64,000 nt of DNA from Candidatus Peribacteria bacterium (GTDB lineage: Bacteria > Patescibacteriota > Gracilibacteria > UBA1369 > LOWO2-01-FULL-3). Shown here one piece after another: positions 47,535 through 56,602 of the stretch. Where the stretch lies: the NCBI GenBank assembly GCA_943356465.1, contig CALREX010000003.1, positions 46,450-110,449 on the forward strand, read 5' to 3'. A program made the position numbers and the translations under genes. Position 1 is the first letter of the stretch, and every line of letters begins with the position of its first letter. Below the pieces are notes generated by a model, which worked only from the letters and a program-made list of their open reading frames with translations, was not told where the DNA came from and made no database searches.

Positions 47535-48341
47535 ATGCAAAAATTTGATCAATATTCAGATTATATAGCCGAACAAACAAGTTCACTTTTCGGCGTACCT
47601 AAGACAGAAGCTGACAAACAAAAGTTGGCTGCATATTTAGATCACATGCCAAGAAACATGTTAAGAACAGCGTCAGACGCAGTCGATTTAGTCAAATTCA
47701 TTACAATAACAAGACAAGAACACTTATTGCCACGCAAAAAAAATGTAAACAACGCCAGAAAAAGAAGAATAATGGATCATGAGAATGCGTGGTACTACTT
47801 ATTAGACAAAGAAGATATCTCAAAAGACAATGATGACCTTCCAGGAATAATCAGAGATATTCGCGATGATGCAGAAAAAACAACTGAAAAAGATGAAAAA
47901 AGACAACTCGTCCGCCTCGCAAGAAGAATAGAAGAAACTATTGTCGAAGACGATTTCAGGGAGAGTTTTGAGCTCCTTCAAGCGGCAAAACAAATTGATG
48001 TAGAACGCGGAAAAGTAAATATACTGACACATCAAGATATTCAACGTATTTGCGAAATGATGGAAGAGGGAAATAATCTCGCAAAAACGATAAGCGACCA
48101 TGATCGCCAAATCATTCATTCACTTTTGATAGATCAGCGCCAACTCGCGATTTTAGCTTGTGTATATAGAAAATGGACTCCCGCACAACTTCACGAAAAA
48201 TTAAAAAAACTGGAAGTTAAATTAGTATCATGGGGAATAATAGGACAAACACACGCTAGAACAGAGGCTGTATTCGCTAATGGATTGATGAATCTCGATA
48301 AAAGAGGTAATATCCCATTCGACTTTAATAAGATACAATAA
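47535..48341 (+). CDS. hypothetical protein (orphan)
   Basis: 268 aa, charged and helical-looking, with no recognisable motif. It is divergent from the 560-aa orphan. Confidence 0.65.
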   Translation: MQKFDQYSDYIAEQTSSLFGVPKTEADKQKLAAYLDHMPRNMLRTASDAVDLVKFITITRQEHLLPRKKNVNNARKRRIMDHENAWYYLLDKEDISKDNDDLPGIIRDIRDDAEKTTEKDEKRQLVRLARRIEETIVEDDFRESFELLQAAKQIDVERGKVNILTHQDIQRICEMMEEGNNLAKTISDHDRQIIHSLLIDQRQLAILACVYRKWTPAQLHEKLKKLEVKLVSWGIIGQTHARTEAVFANGLMNLDKRGNIPFDFNKIQ

Positions 48342-48346
48342 AAAAT

Positions 48347-49834
48347 ATGGATCACGGAAATGTTGTTTTAAGATTTGACCAGGTAAGTTTTCACTACGAC
48401 CAAAATAAACCGATCTTGGATGAGGCCAGTTTTTCTATTCGTGAAAATGCAAAAATCACGATAATGGGACAAAACGGAGCTGGAAAAAGTACAATTTTTA
48501 AACTTATTCTAGGAGCCGCAGGTGCAAAAGAAGACATCACGGCAGACATGACTCTAAAACCAACATCGGGAAAAGTTCATATTTTAAACAAAGCCTCTGT
48601 TGGTATCGGTCTTCAAGTTATGCCAAAAAGATTTTTTGAACATAGCGTTTTGGAATATTTCGAAACTGCATTTACAGAAAAAACATACAACATCGAAAAA
48701 TTAATAAAAGACGTTTTTGAAGTAGTTCAATTCTCTACTCCACTCGACAAAAAAATCAAAGATTTTTCCGGAGGACAACTTGCAAGACTTTTACTTGCAT
48801 ATGCACTTATTCAAAAACCCGATATTTTACTTCTCGATGAGCCAACAAACAACTTAGATACAGAAGGCATAAATCACCTCACTGGATTTTTGATGGGATA
48901 CGATAAAACTGTAATAGTGATTTCACATGACGCAAATTTTTTGAATTGTTTCACCGATGGAGTTTTAAATCTGGATGTTTACACAAAAAAAGTTGAACAA
49001 TATGTCGGGGATTATTTTGACGTAATAGAACAAATCGCCGGACAGATAGAACGTGAACAAAGAAAAAACGCACAACTGGAAAAAAATATTCAGGACAGAA
49101 AAGATAAAGTAAATTTTTTCTCACACAAAGGAGGAAAAATGCGCAAACTGGCTAGCAAACTCCGCGATGAAGTAGCTGAAGATGAAGAAAATATGGTGGA
49201 CGTAAAACGCGACGATAAAACTATCAAAAATTTTATTATTCCCGCCCAATCATGGTCTGACGTTGTCGTAAGAATTTCTTCAGTCGGAGTAATTAAAGAA
49301 AACAAAAAAGTTCCAAAAAAAGTGGAAATGAAACTTTTCAATAGAAGCAAATTACGAATTATCGGACCAAATGGTATCGGTAAAAGCACACTTCTTAGAG
49401 AATTAGCGGAAGGAAAATCAGCAGGAACAGAAATAACAGAAGGAGTAAAAATAGGCTACTATCAACAAGATTTTGCAGGTTTGGATTTTGACAAAACAGT
49501 TTATGACTCACTTATGGAAGTCGCAGAAGATCCATCAAATGAAAAAATTTATGCAACAGGCGCACACTTTTTACTTACCTCAGAATTGATAAAAAACAAA
49601 GTGGGATCGCTTTCCGAAGGACAAAAAGGTCTACTTTGCTACGCACGTTTTGTTTTGCAAAAACCGGGATTATTGATTTTGGATGAACCGACAAACCACA
49701 TAAATTTTCGTCACTTACCAATCATCGCAAAAGCAATCGACGACTACGAAGGTGCAATAATTTTGGTCTCCCACATGCCGGAATTTGTAGAACAAGTCAC
49801 ATTAAATGAAACTTTGGATTTGGAAGAGTTATAA
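48347..49834 (+). CDS. ABC-F family ATPase (two ABC domains, no TM domain)
   Basis: 495 aa. Walker A GQNGAGKST and GPNGIGKST; signatures FSGGQLARL and LSEGQKGLL; LLLDEPTN and LILDEPTN. Confidence 0.93.
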   Translation: MDHGNVVLRFDQVSFHYDQNKPILDEASFSIRENAKITIMGQNGAGKSTIFKLILGAAGAKEDITADMTLKPTSGKVHILNKASVGIGLQVMPKRFFEHSVLEYFETAFTEKTYNIEKLIKDVFEVVQFSTPLDKKIKDFSGGQLARLLLAYALIQKPDILLLDEPTNNLDTEGINHLTGFLMGYDKTVIVISHDANFLNCFTDGVLNLDVYTKKVEQYVGDYFDVIEQIAGQIEREQRKNAQLEKNIQDRKDKVNFFSHKGGKMRKLASKLRDEVAEDEENMVDVKRDDKTIKNFIIPAQSWSDVVVRISSVGVIKENKKVPKKVEMKLFNRSKLRIIGPNGIGKSTLLRELAEGKSAGTEITEGVKIGYYQQDFAGLDFDKTVYDSLMEVAEDPSNEKIYATGAHFLLTSELIKNKVGSLSEGQKGLLCYARFVLQKPGLLILDEPTNHINFRHLPIIAKAIDDYEGAIILVSHMPEFVEQVTLNETLDLEEL

Positions 49835-49848
49835 GAAATCTCAATCAC

Positions 49849-51123
49849 TTAAATCTTTTTCACCAAAACTTTATCAATTCTCCTTCCATCCAAATCAACA
49901 ATTTCAAATTCAAAACCACTATGTACAAACTTTGCACCTTCTTTTGGAACTCTTTTCAAATGATGGATAATAAATCCCGCCAAAGTCACATAATCCTGGG
50001 ATTTTTCGCTGATAATTTTTGCACCAAGAGATTTATTTAATTGATGAATCTGTATTCCACCATCGACTAAAAATGAATAATCATCACGCACAACAATATC
50101 CGGATCAACCTCATCGTCAAATTCAGGAAGCTCCCCAACAATCGCCTCAGTCAAATCATGAAGAGTGATTATTCCCTCTACATCGCCAAATTCATCTACA
50201 ACGATTCCAATATATTGTTTGCGTTTTTTAAATAATTTCAAGATATCAAAAGCATTCATATTCTCAGGAATAAAAATCGGCTCGCTCATAATTCTTTTTA
50301 TCGAAAATCTTTTTTGTTTTCTTCTTTCAAAAAAATCTTCGGCGGTAATTATTCCTTTTATTTTATCCAAATCACCATCGCAGACAGGAAATTTGGAGTA
50401 AGGACTTTCTTTGATTTTTTTCTCGATATCTTCAAGTTTTTCATTTACATCAATCCACTCAATATCATTTGAATTTGTTTGTAAATTTTTTGCTTTTTGA
50501 TCGGAAAAGAAAAATATATTTTGATGCATTTGTGTTTCTTCTTTCTCCAAGACACCCTGTTTTCCAGCAGTCTTAAGCAAATATTTGATTTCATCCTCGG
50601 TAAGATCATCTCTGACTTTTTTATGAATTCTGAAAATTTTCAAAATTAATGTTGTAGAAAATGAAAAGATTTTTGCAAAAGGATAACTCAAATTTGAGAA
50701 AAATTTCACAAACGGCACCATGAAAAGCGCAATCTGTTCGGAATAATTCAAAGCAACAGTTTTTGGAATTAATTCTCCGAAAACAATTGAAAAATATGTT
50801 ATAAGTGCGACAATTATTATAAAAGATATTCCTGAGGCATATGCAGAAAAGAGCTCAATTCGTTGAACATAAGGGACAAGATCTTTCGTCAAAGTAGCTC
50901 CACCATACGCACCGGAGATTATACTTATCAAAGTTATTCCAACCTGAACAGAAGACAAAAAACCTTCAGGATGTTTCAAAAGATTTAAAACCATCTGTGC
51001 CCTCTTGCTCCCCTTCAATGCCATTTGCTCTATCCTATGCCTTTTTACAGATATAATAGCAATTTCAGACAACGAAAAAAGTCCGTTAAACAGAGTTAAT
51101 ATTATAAGAACAAGAATTCCCAT
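49849..51123 (-). CDS. CNNM/HlyC-CorC family transporter (DUF21-CBS-CorC_HlyC)
   Basis: 424 aa. N-terminal DUF21 TM block, CBS pair, C-terminal transporter-associated domain. Confidence 0.88.
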   Translation of the reverse strand: MGILVLIILTLFNGLFSLSEIAIISVKRHRIEQMALKGSKRAQMVLNLLKHPEGFLSSVQVGITLISIISGAYGGATLTKDLVPYVQRIELFSAYASGISFIIIVALITYFSIVFGELIPKTVALNYSEQIALFMVPFVKFFSNLSYPFAKIFSFSTTLILKIFRIHKKVRDDLTEDEIKYLLKTAGKQGVLEKEETQMHQNIFFFSDQKAKNLQTNSNDIEWIDVNEKLEDIEKKIKESPYSKFPVCDGDLDKIKGIITAEDFFERRKQKRFSIKRIMSEPIFIPENMNAFDILKLFKKRKQYIGIVVDEFGDVEGIITLHDLTEAIVGELPEFDDEVDPDIVVRDDYSFLVDGGIQIHQLNKSLGAKIISEKSQDYVTLAGFIIHHLKRVPKEGAKFVHSGFEFEIVDLDGRRIDKVLVKKI

Positions 51124-51169
51124 TTAGTTATTAAATTTTAATTCCAGTTTATTATACATAAAAAAAGTC

Positions 51170-52222
51170 TTACACACCAGAAATGTATTGCTCTCGCAAT
51201 TTCGGACGTAATCGACTTTTATATACGGAAATACAATCGGTTTTATTTTTGCCTTTACGAAGTTCGCGTTGTTCTTCTATCGAAAGACTCGAAATTTTCT
51301 GACAATTCAAAGTGCAACAACCGGCATATTTTTCACGACAACTTTCGCATTGTATAAACAAAAGATGACAATCATCATTTTTACAATTTGTATGAGTATC
51401 ACATTTTGCACCACATTGGTGACATTCACTGATTACATCATCTGTAATACGCTCCCCGACACGTTCATCAAAAACAAAATTTTTACCTTTAAATTTACAA
51501 TCCAGATCTTTTTCTTTTACCTCCTTCGCATACTGAATAATCCCGCCATGAAGCTGATAAGTATTTTTAAACCCTTCGTGTTTCAGATAAGCACTCGCTT
51601 TCTCACAACGAATTCCTCCTGTACAGTAAAGCAAAATTTGCCTTTCTTCCTTTCCCGCCAAAAGTTTTTTTACATACTGTAATTCTTCACGAAAAGTGTC
51701 TGCATCAGGACAAATAGCTTTTTCAAAATGACCGACTTCACTTTCATATTGATTACGCATATCGACAACAAGAGTATTTTCATCATCCATCAATTTATTA
51801 AAATTTTCCGCATCAAGATGTGTTCCGGTATTAGAGGAATCAAAAGTCGCATCATCAAGCCCATCCGCGACAATTTTTTCTTTTACTTTGATAGTCAGTT
51901 TATAAAAAGATTTGCCATTATCCTCCACAGCAATTTTAAATGGCACATCTTTAAAACGTACATCTGAATAAAGTTCCTTTTCAAATTTCTCCAAATTTTC
52001 TTCAGGCAAAGATAACTGCGCATTTATCCCTTCGTGTGCAAGATAAATACGCCCCATAACTCCCAAATCACTCCATTTCATAAAAAGCTGATCACGTAAC
52101 TCATGGGGATTTTCGATCTTAACATATCGGTAAAACGAGAGCGTACGGCGCTTCTCAGAGGCACCAGCCAGTTTAGCTTTTAGTTCATGTTTGTTTACAA
52201 GATTGCGTAGTTGCATATGCAT
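51170..52222 (-). CDS. trhO: rhodanese-domain tRNA uridine(34) hydroxylase TrhO (UPF0176/YceA)
   Basis: 350 aa. LSFYRY, rhodanese loop [15 protein letters not shown], Cys-rich C-terminus. Confidence 0.85.
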   Translation of the reverse strand: MHMQLRNLVNKHELKAKLAGASEKRRTLSFYRYVKIENPHELRDQLFMKWSDLGVMGRIYLAHEGINAQLSLPEENLEKFEKELYSDVRFKDVPFKIAVEDNGKSFYKLTIKVKEKIVADGLDDATFDSSNTGTHLDAENFNKLMDDENTLVVDMRNQYESEVGHFEKAICPDADTFREELQYVKKLLAGKEERQILLYCTGGIRCEKASAYLKHEGFKNTYQLHGGIIQYAKEVKEKDLDCKFKGKNFVFDERVGERITDDVISECHQCGAKCDTHTNCKNDDCHLLFIQCESCREKYAGCCTLNCQKISSLSIEEQRELRKGKNKTDCISVYKSRLRPKLREQYISGV

Positions 52223-52231
52223 CTTTTACCA

Positions 52232-52774
52232 CTATTTTAGCCTGTTTGTCCAGACCACTAAAGCTTCAAGCAATTCTTTGATCTTATCAGAAGTCATTTT
52301 ATCCGTAAGATTTCCATCTTTATCGATTTTTTCATGCACCATCGGCACCATCACCTCCGGTCGATTTAGCGCATGCACATTCAGAAAAACAAATGTCTGG
52401 CGCAAATGATATTGTGCGCGCGCAGTTCCTGTCATACCCATCGAACCGCCCATGATCGCCGCAGGCTTATCGTCAAAACTATTATCACCGTAAGGCCTCG
52501 AACCCCAGTCCAAAGCATTTTTCAAAACACCAGGCATCGAATAGTTAAACTCGGGAGTCACAATCAAAATCGCATCAGCAGCTTTCACTTTTGCCTTAAA
52601 ATCAACCACAGTCTGAGGAAGACTAGCTTCAAGATCCTGATTAAACAGAGGCAAAACACCAATATCCAAAATCTCGATTTCCATACCGCTTGGCACAAAA
52701 TTCTGTGCCGCCCTCAAAAGAGCCGCATTAAAAGAACCTTTTCTCAAACTTCCGGTAAACGCCACAACTTTCAT
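52232..52774 (-). CDS. NADPH-dependent FMN reductase family protein
   Basis: The ATG at 52774 gives MKVVAFTGSLRKGSFNAALLRAA; also TPEFNYSMPGVLKNALDW. Confidence 0.88.
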   Translation of the reverse strand: MKVVAFTGSLRKGSFNAALLRAAQNFVPSGMEIEILDIGVLPLFNQDLEASLPQTVVDFKAKVKAADAILIVTPEFNYSMPGVLKNALDWGSRPYGDNSFDDKPAAIMGGSMGMTGTARAQYHLRQTFVFLNVHALNRPEVMVPMVHEKIDKDGNLTDKMTSDKIKELLEALVVWTNRLK

Positions 52775-52815
52775 AGTAAATGAGGTTAGAAATAACATAA
52801 GGATTATAGCACTTC

Positions 52816-52839
52816 ATAAAGATTTTAAGAAAATTTAAC
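52816..52839 (+). repeat. 24-bp direct repeat, copy 1 (flanks the NYN gene)
   Basis: ataaagattttaagaaaatttaac, identical to 53507-53530. Confidence 0.9.
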
Positions 52840-52897
52840 GAAAATTTAATTTCAATAATTTACACTCATTGAAATATAACATTAAAATCTTTCTTTT

Positions 52898-53395
52898 ATG
52901 AATAAACTACAACAAGGAAAAGAAGTGATTTACGCCTTTATAGACAGCCAAAATCTCAATCTTTCGATCCGCGATCAAGGCTGGAAACTGGATTTTGCAA
53001 AGTTCAGAAGATATCTTTCAGATAAATTTAAAGCAAAAAAAGCATTTTTATTTTTAGGATATGTCAGTTCAAATCAAAAACTATACCAATACTTAAAAGA
53101 AGCAGGTTATTCCATAATATTCAGACCAACAATAAATTTTAGAAATAACAAGATAAAAGGCAATATAGACGCAGAATTAGTACTTCATTCAATGATCCAA
53201 TACGAAAATTACAGTAAAGCCATAATTATAAGCAATGATGGAGATTTTTATTGTTTGATCAAACATCTAAGAAACAAAAACAAACTGCATAAAGTAATAA
53301 TTTCAAATAAAAATAATTTTTCTTCTCTACTAAAAAAATTTAGAAAACATATGTTCTACATGAACGATCTAAAACAAAAGCTAGAAATGAAATAA
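52898..53395 (+). CDS. NYN (LabA/DUF88-like) domain protein
   Basis: 165 aa. VIYAFIDSQNLNLSI...WKLDFAKFRRYL...KAFLFLGY...NIDAELVLHSM...IIISNDGDFYCLIKHL. Confidence 0.8.
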   Translation: MNKLQQGKEVIYAFIDSQNLNLSIRDQGWKLDFAKFRRYLSDKFKAKKAFLFLGYVSSNQKLYQYLKEAGYSIIFRPTINFRNNKIKGNIDAELVLHSMIQYENYSKAIIISNDGDFYCLIKHLRNKNKLHKVIISNKNNFSSLLKKFRKHMFYMNDLKQKLEMK

Positions 53396-53506
53396 TGAAA
53401 TAAAAAAGAGGGAGTAACCTTCGGACTATCCCTTAGGTGTGCCCTCTCATCGTGATTATCTACATAGTACAGATTCTAAAACAAAACTTCAACACAAATC
53501 TTTCTA

Positions 53507-53530
53507 TAAAGATTTTAAGAAAATTTAACA
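53507..53530 (+). repeat. 24-bp direct repeat, copy 2
   Basis: ataaagattttaagaaaatttaac, identical to 52816-52839. Confidence 0.9.
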
Positions 53531-53537
53531 TAAACAT

Positions 53538-53588
53538 GGGGATGAGGGATTTACCCCTCCGCTTCGCTCCGGGGCATAAACTTCGACT
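53538..53588 (-). repeat. tRNA-flank module: hairpin plus a 15-nt copy of the tRNA-Gln 3' end
   Basis: The minus strand reads tcgaagtttatgccccggagcgaagcggaggggtaaatccctcatcccca. Its last 15 nt (53538-53552 on +) are identical to 53648-53662 inside tRNA-Gln. Confidence 0.8.
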
Positions 53589-53604
53589 CTCTCTTCCCTC
53601 AAGA

Positions 53605-53644
53605 TTGAAAACCATCTCTGCCTTCGGCAGAGCCGATTTTCAAT
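53605..53644 (-). terminator. hairpin downstream of tRNA-Gln
   Basis: The core ctctgc (53617-53622) pairs with gcagag (53628-53633) across loop cttcg. The outer attgaaa (53605-53611) pairs with tttcaat (53638-53644). Confidence 0.5.
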
Positions 53645-53717
53645 GGCTGGGGATGAGGGATTCGAACCCCCGATGGTGGGACCAGAACCCACTGCCTTAC
53701 CACTTGGCCAATCCCCA
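53644..53717 (-). tRNA. tRNA-Gln (anticodon CUG)
   Basis: The reverse complement is TGGGGATTGGCCAAGTGGTAAGGCAGTGGGTTCTGGTCCCACCATCGGGGGTTCGAATCCCTCATCCCCAGCCA. It has a U1:A72 pair, anticodon loop TTCTGGT and an encoded CCA, and closely resembles E. coli tRNA-Gln. Confidence 0.93.
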
Positions 53718-53837
53718 ATAAGTAGCTAGATTTGCGATCCGAAGCCAAAGTCACGCAAAGCGCGATGTAGACACTGGCAAATTTCGACGGAAGTTTAGCA
53801 AATCCGCATTGAGAGATCAACAGCGAAAACCACCGCT

Positions 53838-54920
53838 CTACTCAGGTATTATTTCTTGTGGATAATAATAAACAGCGATTTCTTTTGAGCCTACAAGCTT
53901 TCCTTTGTTGTAAAATTTCACAAGATATTCTTGATCGTAATATCCGGTATAAACTTCGAAATTAGAATAAAGCCCACCATTACAAGCCTTCACAACAGGT
54001 TGACTCAAAGCAGAATCTGCTATATGCCATTGACCATCAAGAAAGCCCTTATAATAAAGCTCCATCTCAATAGAATCCGAAGTAGAACCAAATTCATTTA
54101 TATTTGCAGAAACATACAAAATTTTCCAACCAGGATATTGTTTTACACCATCTTTCTCAACTACAAGATCTGAAGCCTTCTCAGGATTTTGGCATGCACT
54201 TGTCGTCACATCTGAAACAGAGATATCGCCAACGATATCATAAGGCTTTAGCGCATCTTTCTTTTTATAATTTTCATAATACCCTTTCGCCGCAGCAGCA
54301 TCCTTATTTTTCACGTAATCACTCGTAAAATCCCATTCTGAAATACAAGTGTCATCATATTTGCTGCCAGAATAAACTTCCTGAACTTCTAAAGTGATTT
54401 TTTTGAAAGTTTTCTCTCCTCCGAAATCAACAAACTGCATTCCATATTTATCTTCCAAAGTTACAAGATTTCCCTTCACATCATCAAAATACATTTGCAT
54501 GCCATGAACTCTATTATTTTGTTTAAAAATCGCTTCATCACGAGCAAAACCGCCAACGATACCAAAACCGGAAGCTTTCACAGGAGTGCTGAAAACATAA
54601 CTTATCTTGCCATTAAGACCTTTTTCAGAACACCAAGCAGTCGAGAAGTCACGATCAGCAACCATTTCTCCTTCATAATTAAAACCAATTCCAGTGTTGT
54701 CCACCAAAACAGAACTCGTCTCCACTTGATAATTTTTAACCTCAGCAATAGGCTTTGGCGCCTCTTCTTTGGCCTCTGCACGTTTAGGAACTTCAGATTT
54801 TGAAACATTTTTCTCATCACCTTTTTTATCCTCAGAAGAATTCGTGGAAAAAGAAAAACTACAAGCACTCAAAAGCATCGGCACAATCAATGCTAAAACA
54901 AAGAATCTAAGTTTGAACAT
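53838..54920 (-). CDS. lipoprotein with discoidin-like (NADase-type glycan-binding-like) domain
   Basis: 360 aa. Signal and lipobox FVLALIVPMLLSACS. The DRDFSTAWCSE...ISYVF...ITLEVQEVYSGSKYDDTCISEW pattern is typical of that beta-sandwich family. Confidence 0.7.
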   Translation of the reverse strand: MFKLRFFVLALIVPMLLSACSFSFSTNSSEDKKGDEKNVSKSEVPKRAEAKEEAPKPIAEVKNYQVETSSVLVDNTGIGFNYEGEMVADRDFSTAWCSEKGLNGKISYVFSTPVKASGFGIVGGFARDEAIFKQNNRVHGMQMYFDDVKGNLVTLEDKYGMQFVDFGGEKTFKKITLEVQEVYSGSKYDDTCISEWDFTSDYVKNKDAAAAKGYYENYKKKDALKPYDIVGDISVSDVTTSACQNPEKASDLVVEKDGVKQYPGWKILYVSANINEFGSTSDSIEMELYYKGFLDGQWHIADSALSQPVVKACNGGLYSNFEVYTGYYDQEYLVKFYNKGKLVGSKEIAVYYYPQEIIPE

Positions 54921-54950
54921 AAAATGGAATTTAAAAGATATACTAAAACC

Positions 54951-55559
54951 TTAATACATTTTTTTTATCTCAGCAAGAATAATCTTCTCAACATTTGCAA
55001 CACAATCCCCGATCTCGCCCCATTTATTTTCCACCTGATAATTACATTCGCCGGATTGAGCAATCTCCTTTTTCGCACTATCAAGACGTTTTTCAAGCTC
55101 TTCCTCAGAAATTTGTCCACGTCTCAAAATCCTGCCTTTCAAATCTTCCAGATCACTGACCTTCATAAAAATAGAGATCAGGTTTTCTTTTGGAACAAGA
55201 TTTCGAATTGAATTAAATCCCTGAATATCAACTTCCCTGACGACAACCGCACCAGCCTTAAGCGGCTCCATTATGTCCTTTTTTGAAGTTCCATAGTAGT
55301 TGTCGGAATGGACTACAGCATATTCCAGAAAGTCACCATCCTTTATCATTCGTTCAAACTCTTCACGAGAGACATAATGATAGCTTCCACCATCTTTTTC
55401 CCCTTCACGAATTTCACGCGTCGTATAAGAAATAGGATAAGCAAAACCAGGATATTTACCTTTTATCTTCTCAATAACAGTCCCCTTTCCAGAGCCGGAT
55501 GGCCCTACAATAAGGAAAAGCTTTCCACTATACTCGGATTTTTGTTCTTCGTTTTCCAT
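54951..55559 (-). CDS. gmk: guanylate kinase
   Basis: ORF 54951..55634 starts at a TTG. The ATG at 55559 gives MENEEQKSEYSGKLFLIVGPSGSGKGT; also YTTREIREGEKDG.YHYVS and LEYAVV. Confidence 0.93.
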   Translation of the reverse strand: MENEEQKSEYSGKLFLIVGPSGSGKGTVIEKIKGKYPGFAYPISYTTREIREGEKDGGSYHYVSREEFERMIKDGDFLEYAVVHSDNYYGTSKKDIMEPLKAGAVVVREVDIQGFNSIRNLVPKENLISIFMKVSDLEDLKGRILRRGQISEEELEKRLDSAKKEIAQSGECNYQVENKWGEIGDCVANVEKIILAEIKKMY

Positions 55560-55708
55560 ATGATTTTTGTATGCAGAGGAAATATATATGCCTACCCCTT
55601 GAAAAACAATTGAAAATTTGGTATAATTAATCAATTTACATCAGTTATTTAAGCGCCCTTTAAAAACTTGTCACTACTTATCTTAGCGTTTACCCACTCG
55701 AAAAGCGG

Positions 55709-55777
55709 GGGAATGCAGAGCAGAAGCTTCCATCCTGGCTAACAAATTACAGCCGGTCCTTCTTCTCTGCATTTCCC
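55709..55777. ncRNA. GC-rich long imperfect hairpin, candidate structured RNA of unknown class
   Basis: 55709-55726 (gggaatgcagagcagaag) pairs with 55759-55777 (cttcttctctgcatttccc): 17 bp with one bulge and one mismatch. The apical stem ctggct/agccgg lies at 55735-55740 and 55751-55756. Local G+C is clearly above the surroundings. Confidence 0.4.
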
Positions 55778-55933
55778 TACTTTCCCCTCGTACCAAGCCA
55801 AAAAAATAAATTGGCCAAAGGACGGGAAACAAAAACAAAAACAAACTGAACAAAAACAAAAATCGTTCAATAGCTCCAAAATAAGAGCTAAAGAACAAAA
55901 AAACAAAAATAAAATAAAACAAAGTAGGGACAT

Positions 55934-55975
55934 AAAAGAGAGATCCGATACCTATAACGGTCGGATCTCTTTTTT
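55934..55975. terminator. bidirectional rho-independent terminator after ssb
   Basis: agagatccga (55939-55948) pairs with tcggatctct (55961-55970). It is flanked by aaaa and ttttt. Confidence 0.75.
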
Positions 55976-55997
55976 AATTTATTTTTCGAAATTTAGC

Positions 55998-56471
55998 TTA
56001 GAACGGCAAATCATCGATCTTTACCTCTTCTTCAGCTGAAGCAGATGCGAAATCTCCAACACTATCATCGGAACTAGGTGACATACCGGAAATTCCCGCA
56101 GCCTCTCTATCAGCACCATAAGCTGAGCTACCGTCCACTTTTCCGCTCAACATGATCATATTATCAGCAACGATTTCAGTTCTGTATCTCTTTACCCCAT
56201 CTTCACCTTGCCAATCACGAGTTTGAAGCTTGCCTTCAACAAAAACCTTCATTCCTTTTTTCAAATACTGTCCACAAATTTCCGCAAGCTTTCTCCAAGC
56301 CACTATATTGTGAAATTCTGTTTTGCTTTGGCGTGATCCGCTCGCATCATTCCATGAAAAACTCGTAGCAACACTAAAAGTGGCTACAGTCTGGCCACCG
56401 GGAATCTGTTTTACGTCAGGATCACGTGTAAGATTTCCGATCAGCTGGACTCTATTTAATGACATTGCCAT
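55998..56471 (-). CDS. ssb: single-stranded DNA-binding protein
   Basis: ORF 55998..56513 starts at a TTG. The ATG at 56471 gives MAMSLNRVQLIGNLTRDPD. It has an OB fold and the acidic tip IDDLPF. Confidence 0.93.
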   Translation of the reverse strand: MAMSLNRVQLIGNLTRDPDVKQIPGGQTVATFSVATSFSWNDASGSRQSKTEFHNIVAWRKLAEICGQYLKKGMKVFVEGKLQTRDWQGEDGVKRYRTEIVADNMIMLSGKVDGSSAYGADREAAGISGMSPSSDDSVGDFASASAEEEVKIDDLPF

Positions 56472-56602
56472 ATTTATAAAGTTAATTTTAATTCGCCGGC
56501 ACGATACATCCAAAACAAACCTCTTTCAAAACAAATCGCTTGCGCATATATACAAAAACTTAGACAATAGAAATGATTTAAGAAAAATTTTAAAAAAACT
56601 TT

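Noticed and set aside
47432-47552. An N-terminal extension of the large orphan (MIKFLHRTLFCLNFVILSMLLDLTGRFLCC...), which would add a TM-like segment.
   Set aside because: It needs a TTG start and overlaps the divergent gene's start at 47535. The first ATG (47431) leaves a normal divergent spacer. Ribosome profiling or homolog alignment could overturn this.
55709-55777. SRP (4.5S) RNA or 6S RNA in the ssb-gmk spacer.
   Set aside because: The apical loop is a 10-nt aacaaattac, not a GNRA/GGAA tetraloop. It lacks the flanking conserved AGCA/GGAA asymmetric-loop motifs. The helix is too short for 6S. I kept it only as an unclassified hairpin.
55683-55933. Track ORFs 55683..55922 and 55739..55933 (minus strand).
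   Set aside because: They translate the T-rich complement of the CAAAA tract into FLF low-complexity sequence. They also run through the hairpin and have no start context. They are likely non-coding.
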